From positions 64,001 through 128,000 of the forward strand of contig JAYEOW010000029.1 in the NCBI GenBank assembly GCA_034723395.1: a stretch of 64,000 nucleotides of DNA, in the 5' to 3' direction. The notes beneath the pieces are model-generated. The model ran no database searches. It was not told the DNA's origin and saw only the letters and a list, made by a program, of their open reading frames with translations. Shown one piece after another: positions 34,001-43,806 of this stretch; position 1 is the stretch's first letter, and each line of letters opens with the position of its first letter. Both the position numbers and the translations under genes were made by a program. This stretch comes from Candidatus Margulisiibacteriota bacterium. Its GTDB lineage: Bacteria > Margulisbacteria > WOR-1 > O2-12-FULL-45-9.

Positions 34001-34339
34001 CAGCTCTCCCAGGTCTTTTCGAATTTGATGTTAAACGCGATCCAGGCGATGTCCGAAGGCGGAGAGCTTAAGGTCGTTAGCATGCCGGGGAAAAGGGTTA
34101 TGGACCAGCTGCAAACGGTAAGCATTAAAATATCGGATACCGGGCACGGTATGCCGGGGGAAACAGTTAATAAACTCTTCGATCCCTTCTTTACTACAAA
34201 ATACGGAGGGACTGGATTAGGGCTTACCATTTCGCATAATATAGTGGATGGGCATCGCGGCTATATAGACGTCGAGAGCAAGGTTGGCAAAGGGACGAGC
34301 TTTATAATCACTTTACCGGTTTCCCAAGGATTGCTATAA
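31067..34339 (+). CDS. Sensor histidine kinase with duplicated 7TM sensor, GAF and PAS domains
   Basis: AHEIKNPL H-box, NLMLNAIQA, DTGHGM, FDPFFTTK, GTGLGL; GAF ending ALDNARLY; PAS FNSMAERITG. Confidence 0.93.
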   Translation: MLEYLIQVQNFLLLLALVLNLGLSSFIFAKNSKSEINRSFSAMLFWTAVWVVSLLVFLNLKNGDWILFVRRLTPVGASILVGYFLCFAKVFPKSEGTCPWQKRIFILAPGYVFAALSVTTPWMIAGFSIGDPRYLFLGKPSFGFLYFVWALYFISYFVLASYILYSKFKDSEGRQKLQVWYVLFGTVLAGGGGASLSLLLPLFKVPQFFTIGPLAALILAGFTAYTIIKYRLLQIEDFLTRGVYLIIGLSAIIGTMVFMMTGQVAFVPTFILIFVQGVLGFLIYIRNNKSEINLSYSAIVFFFAFWNYYAYQVTHRISSEMVWADKLIFVVASFLVAFFLHFSNVFPRARKGFSSFNRALIFIFPLILSALVPFNLIIKNISIVNNTIFPVFGPAYPFFMVYAIAYVGFGLFNLIRSSLSSTGIEKLQVRYVLFGLFSSSTLILVSNLILPWLGEARLAPFGPFFTLFFVFATSYAILKHRLMSIEIIVQRGFVYGIVTVIIMALYALAVIISETFLRQIMGYSSLIITAAAALLIAVLYQPMIRAFQGGTDRIFFRGRYDYRKTLREISQRIASVIKLEELTQLIVSSFIDMMKISEISFLLSDKEKEHFRSVPISLPRYNKIEIDVDSPIVSWLNSAKDILVRDEIEDEIGRQEALGEVGNIRRQSLEEVRDEMERLGISVWVPIISKEELIGIIALGNKLSGDIFSTEDIGLLSTLGNQTAVALDNARLYDEVVNMKDYNEEILQSMVTGVMTVDTRGKIVTFNSMAERITGRNREEVLAKGCEDIWGRRGTIPNVIANSLKDRCYVNFESSIASPERGLVPVAFTSTVLRDHLGKKIGALLTVRDLSEVKELEEKVRRADKLTALATMSAGMAHEIKNPLSSMKVLSQLLPKKYDDMEFRKKFEEIVPREINRIDRIVESLLSFARATALTFEKANVNELLEENARYFQDQAKAVDVKITTIYADLPEIELDKGQLSQVFSNLMLNAIQAMSEGGELKVVSMPGKRVMDQLQTVSIKISDTGHGMPGETVNKLFDPFFTTKYGGTGLGLTISHNIVDGHRGYIDVESKVGKGTSFIITLPVSQGLL

Positions 34340-34349
34340 TTATCCTGAA

Positions 34350-35576
34350 ATGATGAAAAAATTAATCCTGTTGGTCGAAGATGATCATAAGAGCGAAGCG
34401 GCGGTAAAAGATATAATTGGACGCGATTATAATCTTAAGCTCGTAAAAGATAAAGAAGGGGCGGCCGATTTTCTCTCGTCCCATGTCCCGGACCTGATTT
34501 TGATCGATTTTGACCTCAAGAAAAAAGATGGTTTACAGGTCTATCGTGAGCTTCGGCCAAACTTCAAGGTAATTATGCTCTCTGCTTCGGGGAATATCCC
34601 CTTAGCGGTAACCGCTACTAAACAGGGGATAGTCGATTTTCTCCGCAAGCCGATTAATGCGGATGAGCTTAGAGAGGCGATCGAAAGAAATATAGAGGAG
34701 CATGAAAAGCGGCTTTACTTTGTAAAGGACGCTGGTTGGCTTAAAGGAGAAAGTGCCGGGATAAAAGATGCCTTAAAAGGGATTGCGGATGTGGTAAGAG
34801 GAAAGAAGGATGTGGTGTTGGTTGGCGAGAGGGGGGTACCTTTGGAGGCGGTAGCGGAGTTTATCCATTTTAATGGGGCAAATAACCGCAAGAAATTGTT
34901 AACGCTCAACCTGGTTTCTTACGCAAGCGAAAATCTGGAGAGCCATTTCTGGACCAGTTTAAAGGCGATTTTGGAAATTCCCGACGCTAATTCGCTGCGG
35001 AGAGAAGCCGACCTTTGCGGGACCCTTTATCTGGAAAACCTTGATAGTTTAGGAGCGAGTTTTAAAGAGAGCGTATTGGGCTATTTTAAAAAAGCAAAAA
35101 AGGATGTTCAGCTGATTTTTGGCTCGGCATCGAAGGTAAACGGATATTCGAATATAAAAATCCCTGGTATCGCGGAAAGAAAAGAAGACCTCCCGTCCCT
35201 TTTGGAATATTTTCTAGGTAAGATATCGATAAAATACAATAAAATGGTGAGATTTATCTCATCTGATCTTTTGAAATATTTAGCAGGTTATGCTTTCCCC
35301 GGAAATTATGTTGAGCTGGAAAAGATGATCGAAGAAGCGGTTCTGGCCGCAAAGGATGTAAATATTGGGCCAAAGAATTTTCCGCTTTCGAATAATGGCT
35401 TGATCGAATCATCCCTGAAAAGATCATTAAACGAACAGCTCACTTTGGAGGAGGCAAGAAGGGGATATGAGAAATGCCTCTTCGGGGTCTTAATGCAGAA
35501 AACGGGAGGGGAAGAGGGCGCGGTGGCCCGGTTTATCGACCTTCCACGCTCAAGAGTCAAGGACCTGATCGATTAG
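34350..35576 (+). CDS. NtrC-like response regulator with a degenerate AAA+ domain
   Basis: Receiver domain (LVEDD, LILID, KP); ERKEDLP and FPGNYVELE retained; Walker A/B and GAFTGA absent. Confidence 0.8.
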   Translation: MMKKLILLVEDDHKSEAAVKDIIGRDYNLKLVKDKEGAADFLSSHVPDLILIDFDLKKKDGLQVYRELRPNFKVIMLSASGNIPLAVTATKQGIVDFLRKPINADELREAIERNIEEHEKRLYFVKDAGWLKGESAGIKDALKGIADVVRGKKDVVLVGERGVPLEAVAEFIHFNGANNRKKLLTLNLVSYASENLESHFWTSLKAILEIPDANSLRREADLCGTLYLENLDSLGASFKESVLGYFKKAKKDVQLIFGSASKVNGYSNIKIPGIAERKEDLPSLLEYFLGKISIKYNKMVRFISSDLLKYLAGYAFPGNYVELEKMIEEAVLAAKDVNIGPKNFPLSNNGLIESSLKRSLNEQLTLEEARRGYEKCLFGVLMQKTGGEEGAVARFIDLPRSRVKDLID

Positions 35577-36893
35577 ATCTTTTGCTTCCTGCTTCTTTTT
35601 TCCTTCGGCGATCAGGCGAATAACCGGTTCGGTATTCGATGCCCTCACGTGGATCCAGCTTTGCGGCAATAAGACCTTAACTCCGTCGGTTACGATCAGC
35701 TCTTCCCCCTTAAAAATGAGTTTTACCTTATTTAACATTTTTTCTACTTCATCCTGGTTTTTGCATTTAATTTTCTCTTTTACCATATGATATGCGGGGA
35801 GATCGTTGATTAATTCAGCTAAGCTTTTTCCTGAAGCAGCCATGTAGTCTAAGACCAGCGCAAGTGCGGTCTGTCCGTCACGGTTGAGGCCGATCGGGGG
35901 ATAGATCACTCCGCCATTTCCTTCTCCGCCGATCAGCCCGTCCAGTTTTTCCATCTCTTCCGCGATATGGACCTCGCCAATCTTGGTGCGAATTAAGGTC
36001 CCGTTATACTCTTTTGCGATATCATCGATCGCCTTGGTTGTAGATAGATTTGTTATTACGATGTTTTTAACCGGGCTTTTGCTGTTTTGTTTTGCAAGAA
36101 TGGACTTGACCACTAGGACGAGGGTAGTCTCTTCGCCGATCGGGGTCCCGTCGCTGGATATGATAGCGAGGCGGTCAGCGTCCGAATCGAGCGCAAACCC
36201 GATATCCGCGCGCTCTTTTTTTATCAGGCTTGATAGTTCGGTAAGATTTTCGGCGATCGGTTCGGGAGGGTGGGGAAAAGGTCTTTTAACGTCGCAATTG
36301 ATCGCCTTTAATTGGCAGCCCAATCCCTCAAGGAGTTTAATGCAAATCTCCGATCCGGCGCCGTTGCAGCAGTCGAGGGCGACTTTGTACTTTTTACGGC
36401 GGATCGCGGGGACATCTACGATTTTTAATATCTTTTTTAAATGGGTCTCGATGGCGGATGGATCAGGAGTTATAGTCCCTGGCCCGCTTTTTGCAAACGC
36501 TTTGTTCTCGTATATATTGATTAACTTTTCAAGTTGTTTTTCATTGAGGAATATCCCATTCCCGCGGATAAATTTTAACCCATTCCAGGGGAGGGGGTTA
36601 TGCGAAGCGGTAATGATCATCCCCCCGTCTGCTTTTAACTTTCGAACCATGATACCAACGGTTGGAGTGGGGCAGATACCAAGGTCGATAACTTTACAGC
36701 CGGTAGAAAGGAGCCCTGCAAAGACGCTCTCTTTGATGGTCTTGGAAGAGGCGCGGGGATCGGTCCCGACAATGACCAGCTTTGATCCCCCCAGGAAGGT
36801 CCCAAAGGCCTTGGCAAAATCGGCGCAGATCTCCGGAGTGAGATCCTCCGGAACATATCCACGTATACCGGAAATGCTGATTTTTAGCGACAT
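35550..36893 (-). CDS. glmM: Phosphoglucosamine mutase / alpha-D-phosphohexomutase
   Basis: SISGIRG, ITASHNP, DSDADR, GGEGNGG, RASNTEP. Confidence 0.85.
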   Translation of the reverse strand: MSLKISISGIRGYVPEDLTPEICADFAKAFGTFLGGSKLVIVGTDPRASSKTIKESVFAGLLSTGCKVIDLGICPTPTVGIMVRKLKADGGMIITASHNPLPWNGLKFIRGNGIFLNEKQLEKLINIYENKAFAKSGPGTITPDPSAIETHLKKILKIVDVPAIRRKKYKVALDCCNGAGSEICIKLLEGLGCQLKAINCDVKRPFPHPPEPIAENLTELSSLIKKERADIGFALDSDADRLAIISSDGTPIGEETTLVLVVKSILAKQNSKSPVKNIVITNLSTTKAIDDIAKEYNGTLIRTKIGEVHIAEEMEKLDGLIGGEGNGGVIYPPIGLNRDGQTALALVLDYMAASGKSLAELINDLPAYHMVKEKIKCKNQDEVEKMLNKVKLIFKGEELIVTDGVKVLLPQSWIHVRASNTEPVIRLIAEGKKKQEAKDLIDQVLDS

Positions 36894-36934
36894 GTTGACT
36901 ATTATAACACAAACTGTTAAACTCTAAAAACGCC

Positions 36935-37723
36935 ATGGAAAATATTATTTTAGGGTCGATAATGCCGCATCCTCCGATACTGATCCCGGATATCGGTAAA
37001 AACCGGATCGAAGATGCGGGAGCGAGTAAGAAGGCGCTGGAAAACGTGGCAAAAAAGATAAAAGAGCTCGATTTTGACACGATCATTGTTATTACTCCTC
37101 ACGGAGAGGTTGGTCGGGCGTCGGTCCCAGTATACACCGGACACATTTTTGAGGGAAGTTTTAGTATGTTCGGGATGCCCAAGCCGGTCTTTAACTTTAA
37201 GGGGGACCCGGAGCTTGGTTTGGCGATCGTCAAGGGGTCGGAGTTGGCTTCGAACTGTGCAGAGACACTATTGGATCACGGCGCTCTGGTCCCGCTTTAT
37301 TATCCATTTACGATGGGGGTAAAGAACCCGGTCCTTCCGGTTGGAATTGGATTTATGCCGCTTACAAAGTTGTATGAGTTCGGAAAAAATATGGCCAGGA
37401 CGATAAAAGAGTTAAACCGGAAGGTAGTGATTGTTGCTTCGGCAGATATGTCGCATCGATTAACTCCCGATGCCCCTTCTGGATATAGCCCGAAAGGGAG
37501 AGAATTCGACAAGGAGCTGGTTAAGCTGGTTGAGAACTATGATGTTAAGGGGATATTAAACTTTGATGAGGCATTAGCCGAAGAGGCGGGCCAGGACGCG
37601 CTCTGGTCGATCGCGATCCTTTTTGGAGCTTTGGACGGGATGGACGTAAAACAGGAGCTGTTGTCATATGAAGGTCCGTTTGGCGTCGGATATATGGTAG
37701 CCACTTTTGAGATAAAAAACTAA
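36935..37723 (+). CDS. AmmeMemoRadiSam protein B-like (Memo/LigB fold)
   Basis: MPHPPILIP, ITPHG, LDHG, SADMSH, YEGPFGVGY. Confidence 0.82.
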   Translation: MENIILGSIMPHPPILIPDIGKNRIEDAGASKKALENVAKKIKELDFDTIIVITPHGEVGRASVPVYTGHIFEGSFSMFGMPKPVFNFKGDPELGLAIVKGSELASNCAETLLDHGALVPLYYPFTMGVKNPVLPVGIGFMPLTKLYEFGKNMARTIKELNRKVVIVASADMSHRLTPDAPSGYSPKGREFDKELVKLVENYDVKGILNFDEALAEEAGQDALWSIAILFGALDGMDVKQELLSYEGPFGVGYMVATFEIKN

Positions 37724-37735
37724 AAATAAAAAACG

Positions 37736-38245
37736 ATGGAACATCTATTAGTACAACTGGCCAGGAAAACGATCGATACTTATATTAAAGAGAAAAAAGT
37801 AATCGATTTCCCGGTTGACTTAACTCCAGAGATGAAAGCTAAGGCGGGGGTATTTGTGTCTCTGCATCGACAAGGTAAATTGCGTGGTTGTATCGGTACC
37901 TTTACGCCGACGACCGAGAATGTGGCCAAAGAGATTATTCGTAATGCGATCGAATCTTCAACGCAGGATCCGCGTTTTCCGCCGGTGGAAAAGGATGAAT
38001 TAGCAGATCTTGAGATCTCGGTGGATCTTTTGGGGATCCCGGAGCCGGTTAAATCGGTTAAAGAGCTTGATGCAGAAAAGTATGGCGTTATAATAAAGTC
38101 AGGAGTAAGAAGAGGGCTTCTGCTTCCCGATCTTCCCGGAGTGGATACTCCTGAGGAGCAGATCGAAATATGTCGACAAAAGGCGGGGATCGGGGACGAT
38201 GAACCACTGGAATTATTTAAATTTGAAGTTAGGAGGTTTCACTGA
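37736..38245 (+). CDS. AmmeMemoRadiSam protein A (AMMECR1 domain)
   Basis: GVFVSL, LRGCIGT, DPRFPPV, GLLLPDL. Confidence 0.88.
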   Translation: MEHLLVQLARKTIDTYIKEKKVIDFPVDLTPEMKAKAGVFVSLHRQGKLRGCIGTFTPTTENVAKEIIRNAIESSTQDPRFPPVEKDELADLEISVDLLGIPEPVKSVKELDAEKYGVIIKSGVRRGLLLPDLPGVDTPEEQIEICRQKAGIGDDEPLELFKFEVRRFH

Positions 38246-39297
38246 TGATTAAAATAGGAATAGTAGGAGCAGGGGGATACGCGGGTATCACTCTGATCCA
38301 GATATTATTACGGCATCCGGAAGCAAAGATCGTCTGGGCGATGTCTGAAGATGCACATAAGGGGAAAAAGTTGGACGAATTATATCCCCATTTGCAGGGA
38401 GAGATCGACCTTACCATCCAGACCTTAGCTGATTTAGATAAGGTTTTAAACAAGATAGATTTAGTTTTCCTGGCTCTTCCTCACGGGATCGCGCTAAATT
38501 ATGTCCCACAAATGTTAAAGGCCGGCAAAAAAGTTGTCGACTTGGGGGCAGATTACCGGTTTAATGACGAAGCGGTATTTAAAAAATGGTATAACGTCGA
38601 CCATAAGGACAAAGGGTTGCTAAAAGAGGCGGTCTTTGGTCTTCCCGAGTTTTACCGGAAAGAGATCAAGCAAGCGAAGCTGATCGCTAATCCGGGCTGT
38701 TATCCTACAGCGGCTATTTTAGGGTTAGCGCCGCTAATAAAGGATAAATTGATCGAGGCCGATGGTATCGTAGTTAATGCCGCATCTGGAACAACGGGAG
38801 CTGGCCGAGGAGTTTCGATCAAGACCCATTTTTGTGAGCGCAACGAAGGGTTTGAAGCGTACAATGTTACCGGCCATCGGCATATGGGAGAGATAGATTA
38901 TCAGTTGACCCGAATATCCTCCGGTCCAGTTAAGGCTACTTTTGTTCCGCATCTGCTGCCGATGAACCGCGGCATTTTATCGACAATTTATGCCGATATA
39001 AAAAATGAAAAACAAAAGATAAAAAACAATGAATTAATTAATTTATATAAGAAATTTTATAAGAATGAGCCATTTGTTCGTATTCGAGAGGGACAATTGC
39101 CGAATACCAAGTTTGTTGCCGGGACCAATTTCTGCGATATAGCGGTACAGGTCAATGAAGAAAAAGGGAAGGTAATCGTTATCGCCGCGATCGATAATCT
39201 GGTAAAAGGAGCTGCCGGCCAGGCGGTCCATAACATGAACCTTATGTGTGGATTTGAAGAGACTACCGGGCTGAAACAGATTGCGCTTTATCCATGA
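38245..39297 (+). CDS. argC: N-acetyl-gamma-glutamyl-phosphate reductase
   Basis: GAGGYAG, LALPHG, ANPGCYPT, DNLVKGAAGQA. Confidence 0.96.
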   Translation: MIKIGIVGAGGYAGITLIQILLRHPEAKIVWAMSEDAHKGKKLDELYPHLQGEIDLTIQTLADLDKVLNKIDLVFLALPHGIALNYVPQMLKAGKKVVDLGADYRFNDEAVFKKWYNVDHKDKGLLKEAVFGLPEFYRKEIKQAKLIANPGCYPTAAILGLAPLIKDKLIEADGIVVNAASGTTGAGRGVSIKTHFCERNEGFEAYNVTGHRHMGEIDYQLTRISSGPVKATFVPHLLPMNRGILSTIYADIKNEKQKIKNNELINLYKKFYKNEPFVRIREGQLPNTKFVAGTNFCDIAVQVNEEKGKVIVIAAIDNLVKGAAGQAVHNMNLMCGFEETTGLKQIALYP

Positions 39298-40382
39298 GCT
39301 CTTTACCAAAGGGATTTAAGGCGGCCGGGATCGCCTGCGGGATAAAAAAATCGGGCAAGCCGGACCTTTCGTTGATATATTCCGAGGTCCCTGCAATTGC
39401 CGCCGGTGTTTTTACCTCCAATCAAGTTAAAGGGAATCCGGTAATTGTTTCCAAGGCTTTTCTGAAAAACGGGATTGCCCAGGCAATAATTTCTAATGCC
39501 GGGAACGCTAACACCTGGACGGGGAAGCAAGGTCTGGGAGATGCGTTTGAAATGACCAAACTTACCGCGGACGCTTTGGGAATTCCCCAAAACAATGTCT
39601 TGGTCACCTCAACCGGAGTTATTGCCAAGCCGTTGCCGTTGCCTAACATCCGCAAGGGGATTGAAAAGGTCACGAAAAAACTTTCTAAAACCGGATTAAA
39701 GGCGGCGGCTAAAGCGATTCTCACCACCGATACGCGGGTGAAAATGATTTCAGTTAAAGTCGGTAGGATCACAATCTCAGGGATTGCTAAAGGGTCGGGG
39801 ATGATCGAGCCGAATATGTGCACCATGCACGCCTTTATTGCTACCGATGCCAAGATCGGTAAACGATCGTTGAATAAGCTTCTGAGGAATGCGGTAAACA
39901 AAAGTTTTAATCTGGTGTCGGTAGATGGTTGTATGTCGACCAGTGATTGTGTGATCGTATTGGCAAACGGAGAATCAGGAAAACCCGCAGGGAAAGAATT
40001 CATTAAGGCATTCGAAAAAATTTGCGAGTATTTGGCTAAAGAGATCGCTCGCGATGGGGAGGGAGCTTCAAAGTTGATGACGATAAAGGTTAAGAATGCC
40101 TGTAATGATAAAGATGCAAAGGCTGTGGTAAAGGCGATCGTTAACAATCATCTCTTAAAGGCGGCAGTTTATGGGCGGGATAAAAATGTCGGGCGAATTC
40201 TTCAGGCAGTTGGCGCAACCAAGGCAAAGGTTAATTGGAAAAAATTTAAATTCGATTGGAAAATCGGGAAGAAAGAAGATACTATAATGGTTGACCTTAA
40301 AGCCGGAAAAAAATCGGCTGCCGGCTGGGGATGCGATCTGACCGAAGGATACGTTAAGATCAATGCGAGGTACCATACTTAG
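39294..40382 (+). CDS. argJ: Ornithine acetyltransferase
   Basis: STGVI, AILTTDT, KGSGMIEPNMCTM, ARDGEGA, WGCDLT. Confidence 0.93.
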   Translation: MSSLPKGFKAAGIACGIKKSGKPDLSLIYSEVPAIAAGVFTSNQVKGNPVIVSKAFLKNGIAQAIISNAGNANTWTGKQGLGDAFEMTKLTADALGIPQNNVLVTSTGVIAKPLPLPNIRKGIEKVTKKLSKTGLKAAAKAILTTDTRVKMISVKVGRITISGIAKGSGMIEPNMCTMHAFIATDAKIGKRSLNKLLRNAVNKSFNLVSVDGCMSTSDCVIVLANGESGKPAGKEFIKAFEKICEYLAKEIARDGEGASKLMTIKVKNACNDKDAKAVVKAIVNNHLLKAAVYGRDKNVGRILQAVGATKAKVNWKKFKFDWKIGKKEDTIMVDLKAGKKSAAGWGCDLTEGYVKINARYHT

Positions 40383-41251
40383 TGTTTAAAAAAGAGATCA
40401 AACGCGCCAAAACGGTAATTGAAGCTCTCCCTTACCTGCGTGAGTTCCACAACAAGATTGTCGTCATAAAATATGGCGGTTCAGCGATGATCGATCCAGA
40501 GCTGAAAACCAATCTTTTACGGGATGTGGTTTTTTTGAAATTGGCGGGGATGCATCCGGTGATCGTCCACGGCGGCGGCCCGGAGATCAGCAAACGCCTA
40601 AAACGAAAAAAGATCGAATCGCATTTTGTCCAGGGATTGCGGGTAACCACCAAAGAGGTCATGAAAATTGTCGAATATGTCCTCGGTAATCGAGTTAATC
40701 GCGAGATCTGTTCTTTAATTAAAAAACATGGCGGTAAAGCCAAGGGGTTTTATGGTGCGAAGGGGTGTGTGATCAAAGCCCATAAGCATATGGTTAAAGC
40801 CGAAAATGGGAATTATATCGATTTAGGATATACCGGGAGTGTAGCCGGCATACGCTATCGATTGTTAAATAAATGGATAAAAAAGGGTTATATTCCCGTT
40901 CTATCTCCGATCGGAGTAGGGCCAAGAGGAAAGTCTTATAATATAAATGCCGATAGCGCCGCCGCGGCGATCGCTTCTCATCTTAACGCGGTAAAACTGA
41001 TCCTGCTAACCGACGTCCGTGGGGTTATGGACAAAGAGGGTGAATTGGTCTCGGAGATTGATGCCAGCCATATTAAACGGATGATCAAGCGTAAAGTAAT
41101 TAAAGGGGGGATGATCCCCAAGGTCCAATGCTGCCTGCAGGCTTTGGGCCATGGAGTGGAACAGGTCCACATTTTAGATGGCCAAATTCCTCACGTCTTA
41201 CTCCTAGAATTATTTACCAACCGTGGTATCGGCACCATGGTAGTTAAATAA
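40382..41251 (+). CDS. argB: Acetylglutamate kinase
   Basis: VIKYGGSAM, VHGGGPEI, GLRVT, NINAD, GGMIPKV. Confidence 0.96.
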   Translation: MFKKEIKRAKTVIEALPYLREFHNKIVVIKYGGSAMIDPELKTNLLRDVVFLKLAGMHPVIVHGGGPEISKRLKRKKIESHFVQGLRVTTKEVMKIVEYVLGNRVNREICSLIKKHGGKAKGFYGAKGCVIKAHKHMVKAENGNYIDLGYTGSVAGIRYRLLNKWIKKGYIPVLSPIGVGPRGKSYNINADSAAAAIASHLNAVKLILLTDVRGVMDKEGELVSEIDASHIKRMIKRKVIKGGMIPKVQCCLQALGHGVEQVHILDGQIPHVLLLELFTNRGIGTMVVK

Positions 41252-43618
41252 CTAGCCCATTATCACTTCAATGTGGTGCTCGTTCCCTCCCTTATCCGGT
41301 GGGATAAGGTTTGAGCCGAGGCGCTTGTTGTCCATCGTTACCGACTTGACACCTTTCGAAACATTTTCTGGATTTCTTACCGTTATATAATAGGTGGACC
41401 CTCTAAATACTCGTTTAACCTGGAATCCTTTCCACGTTTTCGGGATACAAGGATCGACCAAAAGACCGTTATAATCTGGCCGAATACCGAGGATCCAGTT
41501 CGATACCGCTACAAAGTTCCAGCAGGCAGCGCCGGTTAACCAGGAGTTTTTTCCTTCTCCGAAATCTTTGTGATGTTTACCTGCGATCATCTGGCAGTAG
41601 ATATAAGGCTCGGTCTTGTGGGTGTCGGCGATCTCATTCCTTGCCGCTGGCTGGATCGCTTTATAATATTCATAAGCGATATCACCGCGTCCGATAATAC
41701 ACTCGGCGATCATTGCCCACGGATTAGGGTGGCAAAAGATCCCGCCGTTCTCTTTTAATCCTGGAGGATAGACACAGATCGATCCGTATTTTGGGATAAA
41801 GTTTGCATAGGGCGGGGTCATGAGGATAATCCCATGTTTGGTCCAGAGATGTTTGCGGACAGCATCCATGCATTTTAATGCCTGGTCGTCTTCTGCGGTT
41901 CCCGACATAACTCCCCACGATTGGGTTTCAAGATAAATTTGTCCCTCTTTGTTTTTGCTGGACCCCATCGGTTCTTCATCCTCGTCAAAGGAGCGCATAT
42001 ACCAACTGCCGTCCCAGGCGACCTTGTTGATCCGTTTTTTCATGTCTTCGGCGATATCGTTATATTTTTTAACATCCTCTTTCTTATCGATCAATTCGGC
42101 CATCTTAGCCATCTCTCTAGCCCCATAGACAACCATTTGGGCGACCATGACCGATTCGGCCTTCTCCTTGCCGTGGGTCAGGTTTAAGCAATCGTTCCAG
42201 TCGGCGAAATAGATCTTAGGGAGGTTGTGCGGACCGCAATGGTTAAGCGAAAAGTCGATCGCGCGCGCCATATGGTCATAGATCGTCCCTTTTTCTCCAC
42301 CGACATAAGGGACCTCGGTCTCCAAAAATCGGATGTCTCCAGCCTCTTTAATATAAGCGGGGATCGAAACAGTTAACCAGAGATGATCGTCCGAATAGCC
42401 GGAACCATTTCCCTTCTTAGTTAACGGCGAATATTGGTGGTAAGCGGACCCATCTTCAAATTGATTAGATGCCAGGTCAATTATCCGCTCTTTTACTTTT
42501 TCGGGGATCATATGGACAAAACCGAGCGTATCCTGGTTTGAGTCCCTAAATCCCATGCCGCGGCCGATCCCTGATTCATAATAGGAGGCAGAGCGCGACC
42601 AGTTAAAAGTGGTGCGGCATTGGTACTGGTTCCAGGTGTTTACCATAAGGTCTAATTCGGGATCTTCGGATTGTACGGAGAAATTGCTGAGCCCATCATC
42701 CCAATGTTTTTTTAACTTTTCCAGCTCGGATTTTACAATTTCCGGATCTTTAAATTGTGCGATCTTTTTTGGTGGATCGTCGATATCTTCGCTAAAACCT
42801 AGAACAAAGATAAAGGTTTTAGTCTCGCCCGCTTTAAGTTTAAAATTAAACATCTGCGATCCGATCGGCGACCAGCCGCAAGCGATCGAGCCGTTCATTT
42901 TTCCTTCGATAACATTCTTTGGGGCAGAAAAGTCTCCGTAGTTGCCAAGAAAATCCCTGCGTTGGGTATCAAATCCTTTGGCGGTAATGTTGCTGCATCC
43001 AAAATAGCCGACCAGATTCTTTTCTACCCGATATCTTGAGAGATGGTAGATAATATTGTCTTTATAGTCGGTCTGGCCGATGTTTAGATTATATTGGTAG
43101 TCGGTCATGTCGTTAAGCGCGTCCCAGAGGCAGAATTCGACAAAAGAAAAAAGCGAGAGATCTTTGCTCTTTACTCCGATTGCTCCTTTGGCCGGCTCAT
43201 ATTTCAATTCGACCATCCAAACTTCTAGATTCTCACCAAGGGGGACAAAGTAAGTAGTTTTGCTCTGGACGCCGGAATATTCGGATGAGATAACAGTATA
43301 ACCCATTCCGTGGCGGCACTCGTATTTATAATCTTTCAGATCTTTTAAGACCGGCTGCCAGGAGAGTGACCAGTAGTCTTTGGTCGTGTTATCACGAAGG
43401 TAGAGATACCTTCCCCCGCGGTCCATCGGGACATTGTTGTAGCGGTAGCGTAAAATTCTTCTCTCGCGGGGATCTTTGTAAAAGCTGTATCCTCCTGCAG
43501 TATTGCTCATCAGAGCGCAGTACTCTTCGGATCCCAGATAGTTGATCCATGGTAGTGGAGTTTTGGGACTGGTAACCACATACTCCTTATTTTCTTTATC
43601 AAAATATCCATATTTCAT
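41252..43618 (-). CDS. GH94 glycoside phosphorylase (cellobiose phosphorylase-like)
   Basis: TPLPWINYLG, RYRYNNVP, GIGRGMGFRDSNQD, ADWNDCL, KENGGIFCH, SWLTG. Confidence 0.9.
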   Translation of the reverse strand: MKYGYFDKENKEYVVTSPKTPLPWINYLGSEEYCALMSNTAGGYSFYKDPRERRILRYRYNNVPMDRGGRYLYLRDNTTKDYWSLSWQPVLKDLKDYKYECRHGMGYTVISSEYSGVQSKTTYFVPLGENLEVWMVELKYEPAKGAIGVKSKDLSLFSFVEFCLWDALNDMTDYQYNLNIGQTDYKDNIIYHLSRYRVEKNLVGYFGCSNITAKGFDTQRRDFLGNYGDFSAPKNVIEGKMNGSIACGWSPIGSQMFNFKLKAGETKTFIFVLGFSEDIDDPPKKIAQFKDPEIVKSELEKLKKHWDDGLSNFSVQSEDPELDLMVNTWNQYQCRTTFNWSRSASYYESGIGRGMGFRDSNQDTLGFVHMIPEKVKERIIDLASNQFEDGSAYHQYSPLTKKGNGSGYSDDHLWLTVSIPAYIKEAGDIRFLETEVPYVGGEKGTIYDHMARAIDFSLNHCGPHNLPKIYFADWNDCLNLTHGKEKAESVMVAQMVVYGAREMAKMAELIDKKEDVKKYNDIAEDMKKRINKVAWDGSWYMRSFDEDEEPMGSSKNKEGQIYLETQSWGVMSGTAEDDQALKCMDAVRKHLWTKHGIILMTPPYANFIPKYGSICVYPPGLKENGGIFCHPNPWAMIAECIIGRGDIAYEYYKAIQPAARNEIADTHKTEPYIYCQMIAGKHHKDFGEGKNSWLTGAACWNFVAVSNWILGIRPDYNGLLVDPCIPKTWKGFQVKRVFRGSTYYITVRNPENVSKGVKSVTMDNKRLGSNLIPPDKGGNEHHIEVIMG

Positions 43619-43638
43619 CTTATCTTCTCCTTCCTGAC

Positions 43639-43725
43639 GGAACCTGCGAATGAAATTCGCGGTTCCCCGGGAAATCGGAACCGAGACTTTCAGCCTGCCT
43701 GCCGGCAGGTCTCAGGTTTCGATTT
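43639..43725. repeat. Two REP-like hairpins in the GH94 leader, one with a nested CCTGCCGGCAGG palindrome
   Basis: ggaacctgcgaatgaaattcgcggttcc; aaatcggaaccgagac...gtctcaggtttcgattt. Confidence 0.6.
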
Positions 43726-43806
43726 TACATTCTAATTTTTACCGTCCAAAGGCTATATTTTAGCATAAAATTAGTAGAGATGCGAGATGCGATATGTGGA
43801 ATGTGA

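Noticed and set aside
35983..36927. 314-aa antisense ORF (and similar ones, e.g. 49450-50259, 39422-40147, 25957-26592)
   Set aside because: Opposite well-supported genes, with no recognisable motifs or RBS.
41252..43618. GH94 as a chitobiose phosphorylase feeding GlcNAc-1-P to the truncated GlmU
   Set aside because: Motifs (RYRYNNVP, SASYYESGIGRGMGFRDSNQD) look more like cellobiose phosphorylases; substrate cannot be assigned by eye.
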